Below are positions 39,484 to 48,816 of a DNA stretch of 64,000 nt, piece by piece. Source of the DNA: an uncultured Candidatus Saccharibacteria bacterium (GTDB taxonomy: Bacteria; Patescibacteriota; Minisyncoccia; Phycocordibacterales; CAYRGE01); the NCBI GenBank assembly GCA_964612415.1, contig CAZTCT010000003.1:10477-74476 (forward strand). Direction: 5' to 3'. The notes under the pieces were generated by a model. That model saw only the letters and a program-made list of their open reading frames with translations. It was not told the DNA's origin and ran no database searches. The position numbers and the translations under genes are program-made. Numbering within the stretch: position 1 is the first letter of the stretch; each line of letters opens with the position of its first letter.

Positions 39484-40521
39484 ATGAAAAAAGTACGTGT
39501 TGGTATTAACGGTCTTGGGCGCATTGGTCGTTCATTTTTCAAACTTGCATGGCCCAACGACAATATAGAAATTGTTGCGGTGAACGATCTTGGTACCGCT
39601 GACAACCTTGCGTACCTCCTTCGTTACGACACGGCATACGGAAGAAGCAATCTTGATATCAATATTCGCCAAGATGGCGAGAAAGCATATTTTCGTGTAG
39701 ATGGGCGAGACGTACTTTTCCTCCAGCAGCGTGAGCCGGCTCTTCTTCCTTGGAATGAACTTGATATTGATGTGGTGGTTGAGTCAACGGGATTCTTCAC
39801 CAGCTACGAAAAAGCAAAAGCTCACCTTGATGCGGGGGCGAAGCGCGTAGTCATCTCTGCTCCAGTCAAGGGCGATCCAGTAGAAGGTATTTCTGGTGCA
39901 ACAGTGCTCATGGGCATCAATGACGGACTCCTTGAGGGCTGCCAGATCTCCTCCAATGCATCTTGTACCACCAACGCGGCAAGTCCACTCGTGCAGATAT
40001 TGCACGAAGCTATTGGTATTGAGAAGGCCATGTTAAACACCACACACGGATATACTGCCACACAGGCAATCGTAGACGCTCCAGATGCGAAAGATTTCCG
40101 ACGCGGACGCGCGGGTGCGCAAAACATTGTTCCTTCTACTACCGGGGCTGCAGAGGCGGTGACACAAGCGATTACAGATCTTGAAGGGAAGTTTGATGGT
40201 ATCTCTATGCGCGTCCCCGTAGTTACAGGCTCAATTGCTGACATCACATTTCTCGCCAAGCGCAATACGAGCGTTGAAGAAGTGAACTCAATTTTAAAGA
40301 ATGCGGCAAAAGAAGATCGCTGGAACAAAGTGTTTAGCACAACCGAGGAACCCCTTGTCTCTTCGGATATCATCGGCAGCAAATATGCAGCGATTGCGGA
40401 CCTCGGACTCACGCGAGTTGTTGATGGGAATTTGGTCAAAGTACTCTCATGGTATGACAACGAGGCAGGCTATACTCATGCGATGATTGAGCATGTCATT
40501 AAGACAGGACAATTCGCATAA
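39484..40521 (+). CDS. gap: glyceraldehyde-3-phosphate dehydrogenase
   Basis: VGINGLGRIGRSFFKLAW; active site SNASCTTNA. Confidence 0.9.
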   Translation: MKKVRVGINGLGRIGRSFFKLAWPNDNIEIVAVNDLGTADNLAYLLRYDTAYGRSNLDINIRQDGEKAYFRVDGRDVLFLQQREPALLPWNELDIDVVVESTGFFTSYEKAKAHLDAGAKRVVISAPVKGDPVEGISGATVLMGINDGLLEGCQISSNASCTTNAASPLVQILHEAIGIEKAMLNTTHGYTATQAIVDAPDAKDFRRGRAGAQNIVPSTTGAAEAVTQAITDLEGKFDGISMRVPVVTGSIADITFLAKRNTSVEEVNSILKNAAKEDRWNKVFSTTEEPLVSSDIIGSKYAAIADLGLTRVVDGNLVKVLSWYDNEAGYTHAMIEHVIKTGQFA

Positions 40522-40525
40522 ATTT

Positions 40526-41008
40526 ATGCACAAAGAGACGCACATTTTTTTGGGCTCGGATCATGCAGGATTTGCATTAAAAAATGTGCTAGTGGAGTAT
40601 GTGCGTGAGCTTGGATACACAGCCGTAGACCTCGGCCCAGAAAATCTCAATGCTAAAGATGATTACCCCGACCTCATTGCGCCCGTTGCGCGCGAGGTGA
40701 TGAAAAAGAAGGGGAATGGACGAGGTATCATCCTGGGTGGCTCAGGGCAAGGTGAGGCGATCGTCGCAAATCGATTCAAGGGTATTCGCGCTGCGGTGTA
40801 TTACGGGGGTCCCATTGAAATAGTGAAACTTTCTCGAGAGCACAACGATTCAAATATCTTATCTCTTGGCGCTCGTTTTGTACGAGAAGAAGATGCCAAG
40901 GAAGCTGTGCGCGTCTGGCTTGAAACAGGATTTTCAGAGGATCCACGGCATGTACGTCGCATCGGAAAGCTTGCGCGACTCACCAAGAAGATCTTGCGAT
41001 TCAAATAA
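40526..41008 (+). CDS. rpiB: ribose-5-phosphate isomerase B
   Basis: HIFLGSDHAGFALKNVLVEYVRELGY...ILGGSGQGEAIVANRF. Confidence 0.8.
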   Translation: MHKETHIFLGSDHAGFALKNVLVEYVRELGYTAVDLGPENLNAKDDYPDLIAPVAREVMKKKGNGRGIILGGSGQGEAIVANRFKGIRAAVYYGGPIEIVKLSREHNDSNILSLGARFVREEDAKEAVRVWLETGFSEDPRHVRRIGKLARLTKKILRFK

Positions 41009-41009
41009 T

Positions 41010-41702
41010 ATGGCAGAAGTCATCCCAGCAATAATGCCGCGTGATTTCCACGAGCTTGAAAATGCAGCACGTAAATTTCGTGGTTTGGTCAAAAGCATTC
41101 AAATTGATGTAATGGATGGCAAGTTCGTCCCAGAGAAAACATGGCCATATAGTGGTGATCGTACAATATTTGATGAGCTTGTTTCTGAAGAGGAAGCTTT
41201 TCCGCTTTGGAAGGAGATTGATTATGAAGCCGATCTTATGATTGCGAACCCGGAAGCTGATGCGCAGAAATGGCTCAACACGGGAGTGAAGCGTCTTATT
41301 TTCCATATTGAATCCATCAAAGACCCAAATGCCTTCTTCGCCCAAGAAGCTATCGCCGATGAAGTGCGCCGGTCATTTATACAGATCGGAGTTGCTATTG
41401 GTGTAGATACACCCAACGAGACTCTCTATCCCATATTAGACGCGCATCATGCAGATTTCGTGCAGTTTATGGGGATTGCGCGTATTGGGTACCAAGGGGA
41501 GGCCTTTGATGAGCGAGTTCTCCCCAAGATAAAGAGTTTACGCGAGCGGTACCCGGAGCTTATAATGAGTATTGACGGGGGTGTAAATTTTAAAACCGCA
41601 GAAGAATTGGTAAAGGCGGGTATCAACCGGTTAGTGTCAGGTTCGCTCATTCTCCAAAGCGATGATCCTGCGGAAGTGGTAAAGCAGCTTTCTCTGCTCT
41701 AA
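41010..41702 (+). CDS. rpe: ribulose-phosphate 3-epimerase
   Basis: Start ATG 41010 right after rpiB TAA; IPAIMPRDFHELENAARKFRGLVKSIQIDVMDGKFVP; C-term IDGGVN. Confidence 0.75.
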   Translation: MAEVIPAIMPRDFHELENAARKFRGLVKSIQIDVMDGKFVPEKTWPYSGDRTIFDELVSEEEAFPLWKEIDYEADLMIANPEADAQKWLNTGVKRLIFHIESIKDPNAFFAQEAIADEVRRSFIQIGVAIGVDTPNETLYPILDAHHADFVQFMGIARIGYQGEAFDERVLPKIKSLRERYPELIMSIDGGVNFKTAEELVKAGINRLVSGSLILQSDDPAEVVKQLSLL

Positions 41703-41721
41703 AGTTCCCCACATTTTTCAT

Positions 41722-42582
41722 ATGATCCATGTAAGCGACCAACAAATAAAAGATCTTGAATGGCGCGCAAATGAAGTGCGCAAGTCTATTATTGAAATGC
41801 TACTTTCTGCAGGGTCGGGACACACCGCGGGCCCTCTCGGCATGGCGGATATTTTCACCGCATTTTATTTTCATATTCTCAATCACAAGCCGAAGGATCC
41901 TGAGTGGGAAGACCGAGACCGACTTATTCTCTCCAATGGGCACATTGTCCCTGTCCGATATGCGACCATGGCACATGCAGGGTATTTCCCTCTAGAGGAG
42001 CTCAAGACGTTGCGTAAATTTGGCTCACGTCTCCAAGGACATCCTGAGCGAGAGAAACTGCCTGGCGTTGAGACGACATCAGGTCCGCTTGGCTCCGGAC
42101 TAGGGCAGGCGGCAGGCATTGCGTATGGTGCGCGCATGGACAAAAAGAAATTCCGCGTGTATTGCTGCATGTCCGATGGCGAGCTTGATGCGGGCAATAT
42201 TTGGGAGTCAGCAATGTTCGCTGCGAAAAACAAACTCTCAAATCTTACCGCTATCATTGACCGCAATAACATTCAGATTAATGGATACACAGAGGATGTA
42301 ATGCCGCTTGATTCGCTGCGCGACAAATTTGAAGCGTTCAATTGGCATGTACTTGAGATAAACGGACATGATATGGAGGAGATCATTGATGCAGTCGAGC
42401 AGGCCAAGGCGATTTACGAGAAGCCGACAGTCATCATTGCGCACACGATTCCCGGGAAGGGTATTAAAGAAATTGAATTTGATTACAACTGGCACGGCAA
42501 GCCACCGAGTAAAGAAGAGGCAGCAAAATTCTTAGCGGAATTAAGAACGCTAGGTGGTAAAATCCAAAGCGAACACGAATAG
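41722..42582 (+). CDS. transketolase, N-terminal (TPP-binding) subunit
   Basis: GSGHTAGPLGMADIFTAFYFHILNHKP...ILSNGH; GDGELDAGNIWE (TPP Mg-binding). Confidence 0.85.
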   Translation: MIHVSDQQIKDLEWRANEVRKSIIEMLLSAGSGHTAGPLGMADIFTAFYFHILNHKPKDPEWEDRDRLILSNGHIVPVRYATMAHAGYFPLEELKTLRKFGSRLQGHPEREKLPGVETTSGPLGSGLGQAAGIAYGARMDKKKFRVYCCMSDGELDAGNIWESAMFAAKNKLSNLTAIIDRNNIQINGYTEDVMPLDSLRDKFEAFNWHVLEINGHDMEEIIDAVEQAKAIYEKPTVIIAHTIPGKGIKEIEFDYNWHGKPPSKEEAAKFLAELRTLGGKIQSEHE

Positions 42583-42583
42583 C

Positions 42584-43585
42584 ATGACTAATCCTGATGC
42601 AAAATTGGTTGCAAATATCGCAGATGCAAAATCGTTGGAGCAAAAACCAACGCGTGATGGCTTCGGCAAAGGACTTGTAGAAGCAGGAGAGAAGGACAAG
42701 CGCGTTGTTGCACTTTGTGCGGACCTGGCGGAATCTACGCGAGTACTGTGGTTTCAGGAGAAATTCCCAGATCGCTATATTGAGCTTGGGGTTGCCGAGC
42801 AAAACTTGGCGACGGTTGCATCCGGTCTTGCAAACTACGGCAAGATCCCATTTATCACTTCATACGCAGCATTCTCTCCTGGGCGCAATAATGAGCAGAT
42901 AAGGACTACTGCTGCACTCAATTATGTTCCAGTAAAGATCGCTGGTGCTCATGCCGGAATATCTGTGGGCCCTGATGGAGCCACTCATCAAGCGCTTGAG
43001 GATATTGCGCTCATGCGCGTTATTCCCAATATGACAGTACTTGTGCCTGCTGATGCAGAAGAAGCACGCAAGGCCACTATTGCCGCGGCAGAGCATCCAG
43101 GCCCGGTGTATATCCGTCTTGGACGCGAGAAGACGCCGATTTTTACTACAGGAGACACGCCATTTGAGATAGGGAAGGCGCAAGTACTTTTCACTCCACG
43201 CGAAGGGCTTACCTCCGAAGTTGGAATAATTGGCGCCGGCGCACTTCTCTACAACGCACTTGTAGCCGCGATGCAGCTTGAAGAAGAGGGCGTCGGTGTA
43301 TCAGTGCTTAATGTTGCAACGATTAAGCCGTTGGACAGAGAGGGGATTATCAATTTCGTGAACGCGGCAGGAGGCAAGGTAGTTACCGTTGAAGAGCATC
43401 AGGTTGCCGGTGGTCTCGGCTCGGCGGTGTCCGAGCTTCTTGCGTCGGAGCGTCCTGCGCCTATAGAATTTATTGGAGTACATGATCGCTTTGGGCAATC
43501 GGGCAATACAGAAGAGCTCATGAAAGAATATGGGCTCAATACGGAGTCAATCACTGCCGCAATTAAAAAAGTACGAGGACGATAA
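42584..43585 (+). CDS. transketolase, C-terminal (pyrimidine-binding) subunit
   Basis: RDGFGKGLVEAGEKDKRVVALCADLAEST...FPDRYIELGVAEQNLATVASGLA; start 2 nt after upstream stop. Confidence 0.85.
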   Translation: MTNPDAKLVANIADAKSLEQKPTRDGFGKGLVEAGEKDKRVVALCADLAESTRVLWFQEKFPDRYIELGVAEQNLATVASGLANYGKIPFITSYAAFSPGRNNEQIRTTAALNYVPVKIAGAHAGISVGPDGATHQALEDIALMRVIPNMTVLVPADAEEARKATIAAAEHPGPVYIRLGREKTPIFTTGDTPFEIGKAQVLFTPREGLTSEVGIIGAGALLYNALVAAMQLEEEGVGVSVLNVATIKPLDREGIINFVNAAGGKVVTVEEHQVAGGLGSAVSELLASERPAPIEFIGVHDRFGQSGNTEELMKEYGLNTESITAAIKKVRGR

Positions 43586-43598
43586 TTTTAAATAAAAC

Positions 43599-43901
43599 AT
43601 GAAAGGATTTCTTGATTTCATTCGTGAGCAGGGTGTCGTAGGACTTGCAGTTGGTTTTATCCTCGGCGGTGCGGTTTCAAAAGTGGTGAGCGCATTTGTA
43701 ACAGATATCATCAATCCATTGCTCGGGCTTATTCTCGGTGCGGTAGATGGACTTAAGTTTGCGTCCCTCAAGATTGGAACAGCCGAGATTCTCTACGGTG
43801 ATATGCTAAGTGTTCTGGTGGACTTCATTGTCATTGCTGCGGTGGTGTATTACGGAGTGAAGATGATAGGGCTTGATAAGTTAGACAAGAAGAAGGCGTA
43901 A
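43599..43901 (+). CDS. mscL: large-conductance mechanosensitive channel
   Basis: MKGFLDFIREQGVVGLAVGFILGGAVSKVVSAFVTDIINPLLG. Confidence 0.85.
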   Translation: MKGFLDFIREQGVVGLAVGFILGGAVSKVVSAFVTDIINPLLGLILGAVDGLKFASLKIGTAEILYGDMLSVLVDFIVIAAVVYYGVKMIGLDKLDKKKA

Positions 43902-43906
43902 GAAAA

Positions 43907-43936
43907 AGCCGCCCATATGCTCGGGCGGCTCAGTTT
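43907..43936. terminator. bidirectional intrinsic terminator (AGCCGCCC-atatgctc-GGGCGGCT)
   Basis: 8-bp stem flanked by AGAAAAA (5') and CAGTTTTCC (3'); lies between convergent mscL (+) and 43948-44253 (-). Confidence 0.7.
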
Positions 43937-43947
43937 TCCTGTTCGGT

Positions 43948-44253
43948 TCATGCGTACCTTTTTCTTTCTTTTGGGGTTATTAGATTTGAAGACCTCGGGT
44001 CGAGATAATTGATGACTATGTCCATTCCGAGTGGTTCAAGTAAGCGAGAGATTGCGAGTGGGTTTGTATATTGAGTGCCTGTAAAAAGCAGAAACTGGCG
44101 CGGTTCCCCGTTTAGGTCTTCGACCTCGGGTGGCCCGTTAGTGATGACAATATCTTGGCCTTTCGCCCACTCGTATCTCTTTATAGCCTCCTTGATCATT
44201 GAGCGAACGCGCTCACGATCCTTGCTGATGCCGTAAGGGGTTATAATGATCAT
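43948..44253 (-). CDS. hypothetical protein (101 aa)
   Basis: Intact ORF bounded by terminators on both sides; no recognised motif. Confidence 0.4.
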   Translation of the reverse strand: MIIITPYGISKDRERVRSMIKEAIKRYEWAKGQDIVITNGPPEVEDLNGEPRQFLLFTGTQYTNPLAISRLLEPLGMDIVINYLDPRSSNLITPKERKRYA

Positions 44254-44370
44254 CTTGTATTCCTCCTTGCAAGACAGTTAAAAGTGCCGAGGGTACTATA
44301 GCGCAAAAGACCCTGTTTCGGAAGCCTATTTTCTTAAAATGCTCGTACATTTCAAAAGTACGAGGGAAAC

Positions 44371-44407
44371 AGAAAAACGGCTCAACCGATCGGTTGAGCC
44401 GTTTTTT
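44371..44407. terminator. 24-nt perfect palindrome CGGCTCAACCGATCGGTTGAGCCG flanked by A- and T-tracts (bidirectional terminator; repeated element)
   Basis: Palindrome 44378-44401; AGAAAAA upstream, TTTTTTGG downstream; sits 3' of PfkB gene (-); identical copy at 53916-53939. Confidence 0.75.
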
Positions 44408-44425
44408 GGGCCTAAGAATCGTTAG

Positions 44426-45421
44426 TTAGCCTACCTTTTTAGGTTCGTAGTCGGTGGGGCGTTTTGCGAGGTATTCTTCAAGTTCCGCTCGGCTAAGGAG
44501 TCCTTCTTGTGCTCCAACTTTCTGTACTACGGACATTGAGTTCACCGGTCCCCACATGAGAGCCTCGGAAACATCTTTGCCAAGTGCAAGCGCTGAAGTA
44601 AATGTACTTGCAAATGAATCTCCTGCACCAGTGCGCTCATACGGAGGTGCGATATCTGGATATGGTGGCATAAACCACACATCTGTGCCGTCAAATGCAA
44701 ACGCTCCCTTTGGTCCGTCGGTGATGACAGCTATCTTCGGTCCAAATTCTGATACGCCTCGGGCAAGTGCGGGGATGCTGTCTTCTTGTGTTTTTAAAAT
44801 AAGCTGTGCTTCTTCTTTGTTGCAGAAGAATACTTCTGTGTGTTTGTAGAGTTCTGCAAGGCGGTCTTTCCCAAGTTTGATTTGAAATGTTCCAGGCTGG
44901 AATGCAAGCTTGATATCTGGATGTGCTGCCAAATATGTTGCGATTTCATCATGGTAAGGAAGTGAGTTCTCTCCAAGCGAACTTAGATACATCCAGCGCG
45001 GTGAGCCTATATCGGGGAGAGCGTATGGGTACTCTTCGTGCTTGATGAGGATGGTGCGTTCTGCTTTGTGCCAGAGTACGAAGTGATAGTTGCTCTTCTT
45101 GCCCTCATGTACTTGTACAAAGCGCGTATCAATACCATTACTTTTGAGAGTCTCAATGTCTTCTTTCCCAAAGTCATCGTCGCCGAGATTTGTGATAAGT
45201 GCGGTTTTGAGTCCGAGTCTTGTCGCAGAGACGGCTGCGTTTGGACTGTTGCCAACTGCCGCGATGACTTTCAAAAATTCGTAAGGGATTTTTGATCCAT
45301 TAGTGAGGCAGATTTTTTCCATGCCGTCCGGGTCGTCGGTGTGGATGCTTGCCTGCTTGATACGTATAAAGGCGTCCGTAACAATATCTCCTACTGCGAT
45401 AAAATCAAATTCCTCATTCAT
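44426..45421 (-). CDS. PfkB-family carbohydrate/nucleoside kinase (ribokinase-like)
   Basis: DFIAVGDIVTDAFIRI (GG-type N motif) and TGAGDSFASTFTSALALG (DTxGAGD motif). Confidence 0.8.
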   Translation of the reverse strand: MNEEFDFIAVGDIVTDAFIRIKQASIHTDDPDGMEKICLTNGSKIPYEFLKVIAAVGNSPNAAVSATRLGLKTALITNLGDDDFGKEDIETLKSNGIDTRFVQVHEGKKSNYHFVLWHKAERTILIKHEEYPYALPDIGSPRWMYLSSLGENSLPYHDEIATYLAAHPDIKLAFQPGTFQIKLGKDRLAELYKHTEVFFCNKEEAQLILKTQEDSIPALARGVSEFGPKIAVITDGPKGAFAFDGTDVWFMPPYPDIAPPYERTGAGDSFASTFTSALALGKDVSEALMWGPVNSMSVVQKVGAQEGLLSRAELEEYLAKRPTDYEPKKVG

Positions 45422-45495
45422 GTGATTATTTTTCTAGCGGTCAATTAGTTCTGAGTATATCACAGCCCCAATAAAGCCGATCGGGAGAGGTGGTG

Positions 45496-45501
45496 TATAA
45501 T
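45496..45501 (+). promoter_or_regulatory. -10 box TATAAT 8 nt upstream of fba ATG (leaderless-type)
   Basis: gtgTATAAT at 45493-45501; ATG 45510. Confidence 0.4.
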
Positions 45502-45509
45502 GCGTCTAT

Positions 45510-46373
45510 ATGAAATCACTCAAAGAAACTCTTTACGAAGCAAAAGAAAAAGGTGTTGGCATAGGGCATTTCAATGCGACGACTGTTGAGATGGTGCAGG
45601 GAATATTCCAATCCGCACAGAGTCTCAATGTGCCGGTGGTCATTGGGTTTTCTGAAGGGGAGCGCGATTTTTTTGGCGTACGACAAGCTGTTGATTACAT
45701 CAAGAGTCTTCGAGAAACATACGATTTTCCGATTTACTCAAACGCAGACCACACATATTCGCTTGAGCGAGTAAAAGAAGCCGTGGACGTTGGGTTTGAC
45801 GCAGTGATATTTGATGGGGCGAAACTCCCAAAGGAAGAGAATGCCAAAATCACAAAAGAGTGTGTTGATTATGCACGCGCAAGTGGGCGTGAAGTACTTG
45901 TAGAAGCTGAGCTTGGCTATATAGGTTCGTCATCCAAAATTTGGGATGAAGTGCCAGAGGGAGCGAGTCTTGGTGAAGCACTTACCACACCCGAAGAGGC
46001 GGTAGAATTTGTGAAAGGTACGGGCATTGATCTCTTTGCTCCAGCGGTGGGTAATATCCACGGCATGTCATCTAAAGGACTCAATCCGGAGCTCAATATT
46101 ACGCGCATCGGAGAGATAAGCCAGGCGACAGGCATTCCACTTGTGCTTCATGGCGGCTCTGGTAGCTCTGATGCCGATTTTCAGAATGCGATCAAAGCAG
46201 GTATGCCCCTTATCCACGTCAGCACAGAGATTCGTCTTGCATATCGGAAAGCGCTTGATAAAAGCCTTGCAGATGCTCCCGACGAGCTTGCGCCGTATCG
46301 CTATATGAAGCCAACAGTTGACGCAGTGATTGAGGTGGTGAGCGGGAGACTGAAGCTATTTAGTGGTCAATAG
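45510..46373 (+). CDS. fba: class II fructose-bisphosphate aldolase
   Basis: GVGIGHFNATTVEMVQGIF...LHGGSGSSDADFQNAIKAG (class II FBA/TBP aldolase family). Confidence 0.8.
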   Translation: MKSLKETLYEAKEKGVGIGHFNATTVEMVQGIFQSAQSLNVPVVIGFSEGERDFFGVRQAVDYIKSLRETYDFPIYSNADHTYSLERVKEAVDVGFDAVIFDGAKLPKEENAKITKECVDYARASGREVLVEAELGYIGSSSKIWDEVPEGASLGEALTTPEEAVEFVKGTGIDLFAPAVGNIHGMSSKGLNPELNITRIGEISQATGIPLVLHGGSGSSDADFQNAIKAGMPLIHVSTEIRLAYRKALDKSLADAPDELAPYRYMKPTVDAVIEVVSGRLKLFSGQ

Positions 46374-46383
46374 GACGAGAATA

Positions 46384-46415
46384 CGGCTCAGCCAATTGGA
46401 TGAGCCGTTTTTATT
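46384..46415 (+). terminator. intrinsic terminator, variant of the repeated palindrome (CGGCTCAGCCAATTGGATGAGCCG + T5)
   Basis: 7-bp outer stem CGGCTCA/TGAGCCG with inner palindrome CCAATTGG; followed by TTTTTATT. Confidence 0.75.
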
Positions 46416-46445
46416 CAACCACCTTCACTTTTTTATGCCTTTGTG

Positions 46446-46451
46446 TATAAT
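46446..46451 (+). promoter_or_regulatory. -10 box TATAAT 8 nt upstream of L25 ATG (leaderless-type)
   Basis: TATAAT 46446-46451; ATG 46460. Confidence 0.4.
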
Positions 46452-46459
46452 GGGGCTTC

Positions 46460-47107
46460 ATGTTGAATCTGAAGGCAGAAAAACGAGAGAATAAGGCAAA
46501 TCCAAAGACCCTCCGAGCAGAGGGGGGTATTCCTGCTGTTTTTTACGGAAGGAAGGCAAAGTCTACTCCTATTACTATCAATAAAGGTGAATTTGATAAG
46601 GTGTGGAGGGAAGCCGGAGAAACGACCATCATTACTCTCGATACTCCAGAGGGGAAAGTAGACACTCTCATCCACGATGTACAGTTTGACCCGATTACGG
46701 ATGTTCCAACTCACATCGATTTTTATGTAGTAGAAGCTGGACAGGAAATTGAGGTTGAGGTTCCGCTTGAATTCGTTGGCGTTGCTCCTGCTGTCAAAGA
46801 GCTCGGTGGTATCTTGGTCAAGGTGGTACACGAAGTTGAAGTCAAAGCTCCTGCAAACAAGATTCCTCGTCATATTGAGGTAGATATCTCTGCACTTGCA
46901 ACACTGGAAAGTCATATCGCGATCGGCGACCTCAAATTCCCTGAAGGAGTCAAACCAACAGCTGAAGCAAATGAAATTGTCGCAGCGGTTTCGGTTGTGG
47001 AAGAGGAGAAGGAAGACGCACCAACAACGATTGATATGTCTGCTATTGAAGTCGAGAAGAAAGGAAAGAAAGAAGAGGAAGCTCCAGCTGAAGGAGAAGG
47101 AAAATAA
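46460..47107 (+). CDS. rplY: 50S ribosomal protein L25 / general stress protein Ctc
   Basis: MLNLKAEKRENKANPKTLRAEGGIPAVFYGRKAKSTPITINKGEFDKV; acidic C-terminal tail. Confidence 0.85.
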   Translation: MLNLKAEKRENKANPKTLRAEGGIPAVFYGRKAKSTPITINKGEFDKVWREAGETTIITLDTPEGKVDTLIHDVQFDPITDVPTHIDFYVVEAGQEIEVEVPLEFVGVAPAVKELGGILVKVVHEVEVKAPANKIPRHIEVDISALATLESHIAIGDLKFPEGVKPTAEANEIVAAVSVVEEEKEDAPTTIDMSAIEVEKKGKKEEEAPAEGEGK

Positions 47108-47129
47108 TACATCTCCATTTAATACAAAA

Positions 47130-47158
47130 AGCCCTCCACAAAATGGAGGGCTTTTTGT
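47130..47158 (+). terminator. intrinsic terminator (AGCCCTCCA-caaaa-TGGAGGGCT + T5)
   Basis: 9-bp stem 47130-47138 / 47144-47152, then TTTTT. Confidence 0.8.
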
Positions 47159-47181
47159 ATCCAAGGACTCCTCTTTATGCA

Positions 47182-47190
47182 TGGTATAAT
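47182..47190 (+). promoter_or_regulatory. extended -10 promoter element TGGTATAAT
   Basis: TGGTATAAT 47182-47190; downstream AGGA (47195-47198) and GTG start 47214. Confidence 0.45.
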
Positions 47191-47213
47191 AGCGAGGATA
47201 GATACTTTTAATT

Positions 47214-48518
47214 GTGGAACGTTCACTTACAAAAAGACGAAAAACAGTGTGGTTATTGAGCGCTATGGCGCTTATAGCCGTGCCGCTACTCTCTGCCTCA
47301 GCGCAGACAAGCGTTTCTGAACGGCAGGCGCAACTTGAAGCCCAACTTAAAGCAATTGAAGAAGAGATCAGCCAACAGCAGGTTATTTTGCAGGAAAAAC
47401 AGAGGGAATCTGTCTCACTTGAGCGTGATGTTGCGATTCTCGATGCCCAAATAGAGAAGACCAAACTTTCATTGCAAGCAAGTAATCTTGCAATTCGGTC
47501 TCTTGAGGGGGACATTTCCGGGAAGGAAAATACCATTCGCGATCTCGATGGCCATTTAGATAAACAAAAGGCAGCACTTGCCGAACTCATTCGCAGGACT
47601 GGGGAAATGGACGACTACTCTCTTGTTGAAGTAGCGCTCTCAAAAGAAGCGCTCTCTGACTTTTTTATTGATCTTGATTCATTCTCATCTATTCAGCAGA
47701 CTCTCCAAGAAGTAGCTGTTGAAATCGTAGAGACAAAAAATACTACAGAGACACAAAAGCAGGCGCTTGAGGAGAAGAAACAGGAGGAAGTAAACATTAG
47801 GCAACTTCAGCAGCTTGAGCAACAGCGTCTCCAGGCAGCAGAAAGTAAAAAGAATAGCTTGCTCAAAGAAACGAAGGGTCAAGAGGCGGTATATGCGACC
47901 ATGATCAAACAGCGCCAACAGACTGCCGCGGAGATTCGGACTGCGCTCTTCCAACTGCAGGGCTCAGCAGCAATCCCATTTGAAAAAGCACTTGATTACG
48001 CGACAAGGGCAGGGGCAAAGACTGGTGTTCGTCCGGCGCTCATTTTGGGTATTGTCGCTGAAGAATCAAACCTTGGCGAAAATGTGGGTACGGGAACATG
48101 GACCGTGGATATGCATCCAACTCGCGATGTACCTGTATTTAAAGAGATTACGGCAAGACTTGGACTTGATCCTGATGCAATGCCAGTATCAAAGAAGCCT
48201 TGGTATGGCTGGGGAGGCGCTATGGGGCCTGCGCAGTTTATCCCTTCCACTTGGGTATTGTATGAGGATCGCATAGCTGCGCTCTCTGGCAACAATCCTC
48301 CGAACCCATGGAATCCAGAGGACGCATTTATGGCAGCAGCAATATTGCTCGCTGATAACGGAGCCACTGATCATGCCTATGCGTCTGAGCGCCTCGCTGC
48401 ACTGCGCTATTTTGCCGGCTGGGCAAATGCCAAGAAGGCTGCCTACGCTTTTTACGGGGATGATGTGATGGATTTGGCCACGAAATACCAGAGCCAGATC
48501 AATATCCTAAACGGCTAG
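47214..48518 (+). CDS. secreted coiled-coil protein with C-terminal lytic transglycosylase (SLT/MltB-like) domain
   Basis: Signal peptide VWLLSAMALIAVPLLSASA; ~250 aa Q/E/L-rich coiled coil; C-term ILGIVAEESNLGEN (catalytic Glu) and GPAQFIPSTW lytic-transglycosylase motifs. Confidence 0.65.
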   Translation: MERSLTKRRKTVWLLSAMALIAVPLLSASAQTSVSERQAQLEAQLKAIEEEISQQQVILQEKQRESVSLERDVAILDAQIEKTKLSLQASNLAIRSLEGDISGKENTIRDLDGHLDKQKAALAELIRRTGEMDDYSLVEVALSKEALSDFFIDLDSFSSIQQTLQEVAVEIVETKNTTETQKQALEEKKQEEVNIRQLQQLEQQRLQAAESKKNSLLKETKGQEAVYATMIKQRQQTAAEIRTALFQLQGSAAIPFEKALDYATRAGAKTGVRPALILGIVAEESNLGENVGTGTWTVDMHPTRDVPVFKEITARLGLDPDAMPVSKKPWYGWGGAMGPAQFIPSTWVLYEDRIAALSGNNPPNPWNPEDAFMAAAILLADNGATDHAYASERLAALRYFAGWANAKKAAYAFYGDDVMDLATKYQSQINILNG

Positions 48519-48573
48519 TCTTATGGGGGGATGTGTTGCAAAATATTGCCTTTTTTGATAAGCTCCACCCAAC

Positions 48574-48792
48574 ATGAAGAAAGAAACCCACCCAACATAT
48601 TACCCACAGGCGAGCGTTACATGCGCCTGCGGGAACAAGTTCTCGGTTGGCTCTACACTTGAGGACATCAATGTGGAAATTTGCAGTGCCTGCCACCCAT
48701 TTTTCACAGGAGAGGAGAAGATCATGGATACTGGAGGACGCGTAGAGAGATTCAAGCAGCGTCGTGCGGCAGCTGGGAAGAAGAAGTCTTAA
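48574..48792 (+). CDS. rpmE: 50S ribosomal protein L31
   Basis: [46 protein letters not shown]. Confidence 0.9.
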   Translation: MKKETHPTYYPQASVTCACGNKFSVGSTLEDINVEICSACHPFFTGEEKIMDTGGRVERFKQRRAAAGKKKS

Positions 48793-48816
48793 CAAAAAAG
48801 TGCAGTTTACTATTTT

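Noticed and set aside
46433-47590. 385-aa ORF on the minus strand
   Set aside because: It is antisense to rplY and the 5' part of the coiled-coil lytic transglycosylase gene. Its sequence is low complexity (Ser/Phe/Cys-rich) with no motifs, and both sense genes have strong homology. It is an antisense shadow ORF.
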